Origin: Desulfobacterales bacterium | GTDB taxonomy: Bacteria; Desulfobacterota; Desulfobacteria; Desulfobacterales; UBA2174 | Direction: 5' to 3' | DNA length: 64,000 nucleotides | Assembly (NCBI GenBank): GCA_963668645.2 | Contig: CAXXWC010000019.1 | Coordinates: 32,001-96,000 of the forward strand | In this document: positions 43,601 through 52,600 of the stretch, piece after piece | How the letters are laid out: each line of letters opens with the position of its first letter | How positions within the stretch are numbered: the first letter of the stretch is position 1 | The notes under the pieces: model-generated | Databases searched by the model: none | The model's input: only the letters and a program-made list of their open reading frames with translations | Told to the model about the DNA's origin: nothing | Position numbers and translations under genes: made by a program

Positions 43601-46600
43601 TCGGCGTCGGTTACGCCCTCTTCAATGACGTCATCTCCCGCAATGGTCAACGCGATATGGTCGCCCAGAAACTGGACGTCTTCGATGTGCGCCGCATTGA
43701 TGCCTTCGTCCACGGTCACACCCAGGGTGCCGGTGCCCAGATTGTTGACCACCAGATGGGTTACATCGTTGTCGTCGAGATTCATCTCGCCGACGTTGAC
43801 ATTGGCGGTGCTGGTATCCGTGACGGTGAAAGTGGCCGTGGCATCGTTCGGGTCTTCATCATCCCGCTGCACTGAAGAAAAAGTGATCGTGTCGATGGAA
43901 AGATCCTGCTGTGCGTTGACCACGATGTCGAGCAGGTCGTTTTCGCTGGGCCCGTCTTCGACGCCGGCGGTGATATCATCCAAGCTGTTGGGTTCGTTGC
44001 CCTGGGAGAAGATAGTGAGCGTGCCGAAGTACTTGGGGGCGAAAAGCCCGTCGTATTCCGGTTTCAGGATGCTCAAATCGATGTCGCCCAGTACTGTGGC
44101 GCCGCCCATGAGATGCAGATCCAGGGTCTTGACCACGGTATCGACGGTCAGGTCAGCGAAGATCAGGGAAACACCATCGACCGCATCGACCGTGACGCCT
44201 TCCTCGACCACCACGTTGCGGTAGGTCTCGAGATACTCGTAAAGGGGGATGCCGGGCATGTCTTCGCGTTCCAGGATTTCCACCGTAATGGCAGAATCGA
44301 GGAAGGCGAGGATCTGTTCGACATTCATGCCCTCGAGCAGCTCGTCGAGTACCTGCAGGGTAAAAGATCCGTTGTAGTTACCGGTATCGATGCCAAAGAC
44401 CAAGTTTTCAAAACCGTCTCTGAGGTCGATATCGATCTGCCCAAGCCCGGTGACGAATCCGAGCGAAACCACGGCGTCAGCCGGCCCGTCGATGGTACGG
44501 CCGTTGGCCTGATCGTAGTTGATCAGGGTGATATGATCGCCGGATTCGAGATGAATGGCGAAGTTGCCCAGATCCACCTGGCTTGTCCAATCGTATTCGA
44601 TCGGATCCCAGAGACCCATCAGGATGTCGCCGGCACCCGAAGCCAGGCTCAGCACGGCGTTGTCCGCCGTGACACCGGACAGATCCAGCCCTTCGTCCAC
44701 ATCGGCCTGGGTAAGGCCGGTGATCTGAATCGTGTAATCCGTCGTTGCGTTGCCCTCGGCATCCACACCGATGATCGTTCCGTTGCCACTCAGGGCCTGG
44801 AACTGATCGATGGTCATGATCACGGTGCCGCCCTCGGGCACGATGATCATTTCGGCGCCCGTCAGATCCGTGGCCGGATCCAGGGTCCAGTCACCCGAAG
44901 CCATGGTGATGGTGCCAAGGGTTACGCCGTCGCCCAGGTCGTCCACATCCAGTATGCGGTCGTCCATGCCGACTATGTTCAGGATACCTGCTGCTATCGT
45001 ATCTCCATCAGTGCCGCCGTCGGCGGCCACAATGTTCGCCAGGCCGATATCCAGGACCTGATCCAGGGTCAGCGTCAGTTCGGCGTCAGTCAGAGTGACG
45101 TTGTTGATACCCGAGAGCGCGGCACCGGACAGGTCAAGATCTTCACTGTCGGCGATGATCAGGTCGACGCCGCCGCTGCCGGTGGCGCCGTTGATGGTAA
45201 TGTTCTCGTCACCGATGGCCACCGCGTCGTCGTCCAGGGTCAGCGTCAGCACGCCGGTAGAGTTATTGGTGATGGCCAGCGAATCAAGATCTTCGTCGGT
45301 GGTGTCGATCCCGCCCAGAGTCACATCGGCAACGCCGTTGATGACCAGCACCGCGTCGTCCATGCCGACACCGATGGCATCGTGATCCGGAATCTCATCG
45401 ACCGAGTTGAAGACGATGTCACCCTCGACAATCAGGTCCGCGTTGGCGTTGATCACGACGTCGAGCAGGTTGTTCTCCAAAGCCGTGCCCAGGGGGCCGC
45501 CGCCGCCGACCGGAGACGGGGTCGGATCGATGTCGCCGGAGATGATATTGACCGTGTTGTGGATCGGATCGTCCGCCCCCACATTGGAGTTGATGGTCAA
45601 CTGGTCGAAGTAGTTCTGGGTCAGCGGGTTGCCGTACTGATCCTCGGCCGCAACAGTGGTCAGGCGAATGTTGCCGTCGACCTTGGCACCGCCTTCCAGG
45701 GTGAGGTTGAGGGTCACCACCGAGCTGTCGCCCTGGTAGTCGTTGAGCACCATGAAACCATCGACGGTCACGCCTTCTTCGATGGTCAGGCAGCGGTTGA
45801 TGGGGATGACAACGCCCATGTCCTGAGCGTCGTAAATGTGGATGCAGATGGCTGAGTCGATATCCTGGAACAACTCGATGTCGCGGTTCTCGACCAGGTC
45901 GTGGAGCATCTTGACGGTGGTGACGCTCCAACCGGAGGCATCGAAGGTGTCGAAGGGGCCGAAACCGCCGCTGATCACCTGATCATCTTCGCCCAGGATC
46001 TGATTCTGGTCGAAGTAGAGCGCCAGGGTCGTATCGGTGCCGCCGCCGACCACGAGCCCGTCGGCCTGCTCGATGGTGGTCAGCGTCAGTGTCTGGCCGT
46101 CTTCCAAGACGACCTGGAAGCCGTTAAGATTGACAGCCCTGTCCAGCATGAAATTTTCGTTGAACTCGCCCAGCACAACGTCTTCTGCCAGGGAAAGTGT
46201 GCCCAGGGTGAAACCGGTCACCGCGGCAAGATCGAAGCCGGCATCGATGTGCGCCTGGGTCAGGCCGGTGAGGTGGAGGATGGAATTCTCGGCATCCCCG
46301 GTGCCGTCATCGGCGCCGGTCAGCGAAGCCAGGGCCAGGAACTGATCGACCGTCATGGTCACTTCCGAGTCGGCCGAGACCATCAGATCGGCGCCGGCCA
46401 AGTCTGCGGTCGGATCGAAGGCGATAGCGCCTTGGGCCGTGGTCACGGTGCCGATCACGACCCCGTCGCCCAGATCATCCACGTCGAAATAGGAACCGTC
46501 ATAGCCCTCGATGTGCAAGGTGGCGGTGTATTCGTCGTCCGGATCGATCTCGGTGATGTTGGCCGGACCGATGGCATCCACCTGTTCCCAGGTCAGGGTC

Positions 46601-49600
46601 AGCGAAACGGCCGCCACAGCGCCGGCGGTGTCGATCTGCACGGCATCGACGCTGGTCAGTGTTGCATCCGACAGATCGGTCGTACTGTAGATGACTAGCG
46701 TAAGATCGCCTGCGGCGCCGTCGATGGTGACGTCCGCGTCTTCTCCGATACTGAAACTCGCCAGGGTCAGGGTCGTGCCGCCGGCACCCGCGGCGAAGGC
46801 AAACGCATCGTCCACCTCACCGGTCAGAGTGGCATCGAAAGTGCCCACCACGCCCGTGGCGTCGATGGATTCGATATTGGCGGCATCCAGAGCATAATCG
46901 ATGGTCAGGTTGAAGTCGGCGTTCAGATCAAGCGCATCCAGGCTGTCGCCCTGGATTAAACCGATCTCGGCATTGCCGTCTGCGATGTTGATCGTCAGGC
47001 TGTCGGCGTTGTCGATGTCGATGCCGTCCACCATCAGGCTGCGCAGGCCCCCGTCGGAAGCGTCGCCCAAAAGAACGCCCTGGTTGTTAATGTTCACTAC
47101 AGCCGGCGCATGGTCGGTATAGAAATTGGCGTACAGTGCACCGATGTTGGACTGATTCCAGTCATCGGCGAATTCGTTCTGGACTTTTTCGGCCTCGGTC
47201 CATTGGGCCAGTCCGTCACCTTCCAGCAGGAAAGTCACGCCCCACTTGACTCCGCTGAAAACGATATGTTTGCCGCCGTTGCCCTGCAGCCCGAGTTCCT
47301 GCAGGCCCTCGGTGCTGTTGCAGACGAAGAACTGGGCCCAATCTCCGACTTGGTCGCTAAACTCCGTAACCACGTAGGAGGCCACACCGCGCGAGGTCAC
47401 ACCGTTCTCGGCGTCTATCCCCACTGGTTCGGCATCCATGATCACATCGACGCGCAGTCCCGGCTCGCCTGCGATCAGTTCGAAACCGCCCACGGCCGCC
47501 GCGTTCAGGGTGGAGGCGTAGAGGGTTACATCTTCGACGATGGTGATGGTGGACTCGGATTCAGCACCGAGCAGGGCATTCAGTTCGCCCAGAACCTGGC
47601 GGAAGGAGTACTCGGTGCCTTCGTAGTTGACTTCCCAGTCCAGATGGGCCTGGGTGACACCGGTGATGTGGATCGTATTGGTGGCATCCACCTCGCCGTT
47701 GATGGCCCCGTTCTCGGCAAAGGATTCGGCGAGCTGGACCAGCTGGTCAGCCGTGAGGGTCATTTCGGCGTTGTCGAGCATCGAAAAACTGTCGACGTTG
47801 CTCAGGTCCGTGTCCGCATGCAGGGTCCAGGCGCCTTGAGCCAGGGTCACGTTGACCGTGATCCCGTCGGCGATGTTGGTCGAATCGAAGACCTGGTCGT
47901 TCAGCCCGCTCACTTCCAGGACGGCGCCGTCAGCGTCGTCTAACAGGCTGATGTTGGCTTCGCCGATAATCTGGAGCTGGGCGTTGGTCAGAATGACCGT
48001 CGCACCGTCTTCCAGAACGATGCCTTCCACATTATCCAGCGTAGCCTGGCTCAGGTTTACAATGTCTGTTCCACCTTCATCCGCACCGATGGTCAGCACC
48101 ACACCGCCGACCCCGCCGTCAATGTCCGTGTCGTCAGTGGCCACAAAGTCAAGAAGGGTCAAGTAGGAACCGCCTGCGGAACCGATAAAGCTGAAGTCTC
48201 CCGCAGGTTCATCGATGACGGCCGTGAAAGTGCCGGCAACATCGGAGACGTCGATGAAAGTCAGGGTGCCGGGCAGATCGTCAACGATCTGGACGTTGTA
48301 ATCCGAGTTGATATCGAGGGTTTCGACCCCGCCTTCACCGTTCTCTCCGTCGATGGTATCGACGATGAGGTTGCCGTCCTCGACATTGATGGTGATCGAC
48401 CCGGCGTTATCGATGTCGATCTTCTCGACATGCAGCGAGCGGGTGGTCAGTTCAGTGCCCTGGTTGTTGATATTGACCACCGCCGAGGCATTGGCCCACT
48501 GGAACTGGGCGTAAAAAGAGCCGACGTTGGAATATGCCGGATCGCCGTTGGCCTTGGTGGTGTATTCGACCGTACCGTCGCCTTGCAGTTCGAACTCGAT
48601 GCCCCACTGGACCTGGTAGATTTCCAGCTCGGCATTGTAGTTGCCACGCAGGCCGATGACCTCCAGATCCTGGGTGGTGTCGCAAAGATAGATGACCGCT
48701 TTTTCGGCATCGTAAGCAGAAGTGTCCCCATCGCTGATATCGGTCACGATGATGCGGCGCACCCCTGAAGAAACCAGCCCACTGAATTCGCCGTTGCCCA
48801 GATCCTCGCCGCCTACGGTCGGCACGACCGTTTCATCGGTTTCCGGGGTTGACGGATCGTCCGGCGTTCCTGTCATCTTGACGTAGATGGTGGTTTCGTA
48901 TCCGTCCAGCCCGTTGCCGCGGATCTGTTTGACATCCTGGAAGTTGGCCAGAGTCAGGTTTTCTACCACGGCCTCGAGAGTCGAAAAATCCACCACGAAG
49001 TCGTCGCCCAGATCGATGGCGCCGGTGAAGATCACATCGTGGTCGCCGACAATCTCCAGACTGCTGACCCAGGACGAGAAAGCGCCCTGATTAATGATCG
49101 CACCGGTGGAATCGATGGTGATCACATCCGAGTTGGGCTCGTCTTCCGGACGGTTGTAGCCGGCGTTGGGGCCCTCGGTAACCGGAGTACGATGCACGGT
49201 TACGTTCTCTGACGAAAAGTCGTCCGCCAAAGAGCCGCCGTAGTAAGGGTCGCCGACATGATCGCCGTATTCTTCACCGTTATAAAGGTCCGTATTGTGC
49301 CACGGATCGAAGTAGAGACCGGCCTGGTTGATCACGACCCTGCCGCTGGCCACATCGGTGTTGCCGTCGTTGGCCAGGTAGATGCCGCCATCTGCAACGT
49401 TCTCGTGAAGCTGCTGTGCGGTCATGGTCAGGGTGACGCCGTCTTCAATCTCGAGATACAGATCGATATTGCTGGAGAGGTTGTCGACACCCAAATCGGT
49501 CAAGGAGGTGCTTTCCGTAACGATTATCTTGATGAAAGCGTGAGTATGGAAAATCGAACCTTCCACACTGAAATTCTCTGCGCCGATAGCGAGGAACTGT

Positions 49601-52600
49601 TCGGCGGTCAGGGTCAGGATTGCGTTTTGACCAACAGCAGCATCATCGTTGGCCTGGGCAGCATCCAGGTAATTGAACGAATCGTCGTCCAGAATGACCT
49701 TGGTGATGCCGGAGAGTTCGGCAGCCCGCAGATCTGCAATGGTGTTGACAAACAGGGTGACGTTCTCGCCGGTAATTTTTGAGCCTTCCATGGCGGTGAT
49801 GGTACCGGTGGCCAGGAAGGACGAATCCAGGGCAGCACCCAGCTTGATCAGGTCTGCGCCACTGCCGGTATCGATGTCCAGAACGGCACCGTTGGAGACA
49901 TAGTCCGCGTCGATGCCGACCAAGGTGATGACATCGTCTCCGGCCCCCGAAGAAATGGTGATATCCGAGCCGGCCACCAGGATCTCGTCCGCACCGGCTC
50001 CTGTTTCGATGTTAGCCGTGGTCAAAACGCCGGTGATGTAGCTCAGCGCATCGCCTACCAGATCGACGATATCGTCGAGAAAGTCTGGGATATTGAGAAA
50101 ATCTGCTGCAAAATCAACAACTTGCCCTGCAAGATCATACGGCAAACCTGGAATGTTAACTACGTTGCCGCCGTCGCCGACGACGATATCGATGGTAACG
50201 GGCTGGAGAAAGTGCAGGCCGGTACCGAAAAGGTCATCAATGACTTCTTCGATCGTAAATGAGTCAAGATTAATCTCAAGGTTGTCGATATAATCGGTCA
50301 GTTCTTCAACCGTATACCCCAATAGTGTGTCTATATCGGTGCCCAGGACGTCTTCAACAACAGCCGTAACCGCCCCTACCAGATCGTTAAACGGACTGGT
50401 ATAAATGTTAATTTCGTTGCTGCCGTCGCCGGCGGTGATACTCACGCTGGTATCGAAGTCATCCTCCAGATACCAGACACTGGTCTGCGGAGAATCGTAA
50501 GCCTTGATGTCAAACTTGTTGTCACCGTCGCCCACGACGGCAGTCATGTTGACCACGTGGCCTTCGAAATCGTTGTCCCCGTCGCCCGCAGCTTCGATAT
50601 TGACCTCAACCGCATCCATCCAGTAGGTGTTGTCGCCGTCTCCAGCGATGGTGATGTCTGCCGAGTAGGCTTCCGAAATAACGAAGTAGTTATCTCCGCC
50701 GCCGTCGGTAATGGTTATATCGTAGCCTTCGATCTCGTAAACGCTGTCGCCCGTGCCGGCCGTGATGTCGACATAGCTGGCATCCACCTCGTAGTTGCTG
50801 TTGCCGTCGCCGTCGACGATCACCGCCACGTCGGTATCGATCTCGTAGTAGTTGTCGCCGCCGGTGTCGATGATGGTAACGGACTGGTCGTTTTCAGGCA
50901 TCCAGTGCAACGTCGTATACTCGGCATCGTCGGTGTCGACAATGATGCGGTCGTCGGCGCTCGAACCGAGGTAGGTGAGCTGTTCGATCCCGCTCATGTT
51001 GAGGTTGACGCCGCCGGTGTTGGCCGACGCATCGATCAGGATGGGGTTTTCCGCGTGCAGGCTCTGGCCGAGATCGCCGGCGATGTACAGGCGAGCGTCA
51101 CCGGTGATGTTGATGGTGCTTACCTGCCCGCCCAGGTCGGCGTCCGCAATGGTGTTGCCGCCGCCGGTGGATTCGATATTGAGGGTATCGGAGTTATGGG
51201 CGACGTTCAGAACCGTGTTGGGCTGCATATCCAGGTTATTGAACACCAGGTTTACGCCCGCCCCCTGTAATTCGCTGTAATGGAGGTTTACATTATGGTA
51301 AAATCCGCCGTCGAGAACGGTTTCCGCACCGTTGCGGATGCCGACGACCGTCAGCGTCCCCGGGTACTGGGAGTTACCCAACTCCAGGCCCTCGTAAGCG
51401 CCTTCAGAGATCACCAACTCCTCAAGCGAAGTTGCCCGGGACAAGTCGATTATGGAGTTGTCCAGGCTGGCATAGGAATCACTGTCCAGGTCTGGATAGG
51501 TGGAAACGGGCTCTCCGTCTACAACGTCCGTGTAGACATTGGGCAGGTTTTCAATGACGATCTTCTGAATGTTCAGCAGCTCCTTGGGCTGTGCGAAGTA
51601 TCCCTTGGCATCGATTTCAAGTGTGTTATAACCGCCGCCTCCGTCGATGTAAGCCCCATGCAGCAAATCTAGGCGCCCGGCGACGATGGTGTCGTTGCCA
51701 TCGCCTGTAAAACCTACTTCCTCGGTCCCACCATTGTTTTCGGTCGGGGTCAGGACGATGGGGACCTGCGTGTATGTGGTTTCACCCTCTTCGACCACAA
51801 ACTCATACAGATTGACGGTAATTGGCTCGCCGTTCGCATCAAGGACGATATTGCCATCAGCATCTTTCAGGTAAACCTCAGGCCAGGTCTTTACCTCCAC
51901 CTCGAATAGACGCGAGTTGCCCTCCTCATCGAACAGCAGATTGTGGATGAACTCGAACTGGTTCTCACTCAACTCGACGATAGCACTATTGATGGTGCCG
52001 TCGGAAAGGGTCACGGAAATCTCGTAATTGCCTGTGTAGTCGCCATCGCCGAAACCACCTTGAACATTGTCAAAGATGCCCGCAAAGGTGATGTCGCGAA
52101 TGGCCTGGAGCGACTCGTTAATATCGTAAAGGCCAAGATCTCTAAAGTTCACAGCCAGATAAGTTTCGATAAAGCTAAGTAGATCCTCTAACGGTACCCC
52201 ACCATCCAGGGGCCCCTCGTTAGTCAACCCGTTGTCATTGCCGTCCGGATTGTCCCCGTCGAGGTTGTCGACCCCGGTCTCGTCATGGCCGTGGGGATTG
52301 TAACCCCAGTAGGTGACCGTTTCGATCTCCGGCTCGATGGTGACCACCACGTCTTCGGTGACCTCGGCCGTGTAGACCTCCTTGAGGGTAAAAGTCTTTT
52401 CCAGCGAGAAATAGGCGTTAATCTCGTTGAGGGTCTGGTTCAATGAAGCGTCGCCGGCGGTAGTACCCGCAATGAAGGCCTCCAAGTCGTATCCCAACTG
52501 ATCACTGTAAGGGATCTCCTGGTCGATCATCATGTTGAGGGCGTGCTCAGCCGACGCCAACTTGTTTTCCATGGTCAACCGGTCGTCCCAGTTGTTGTCT

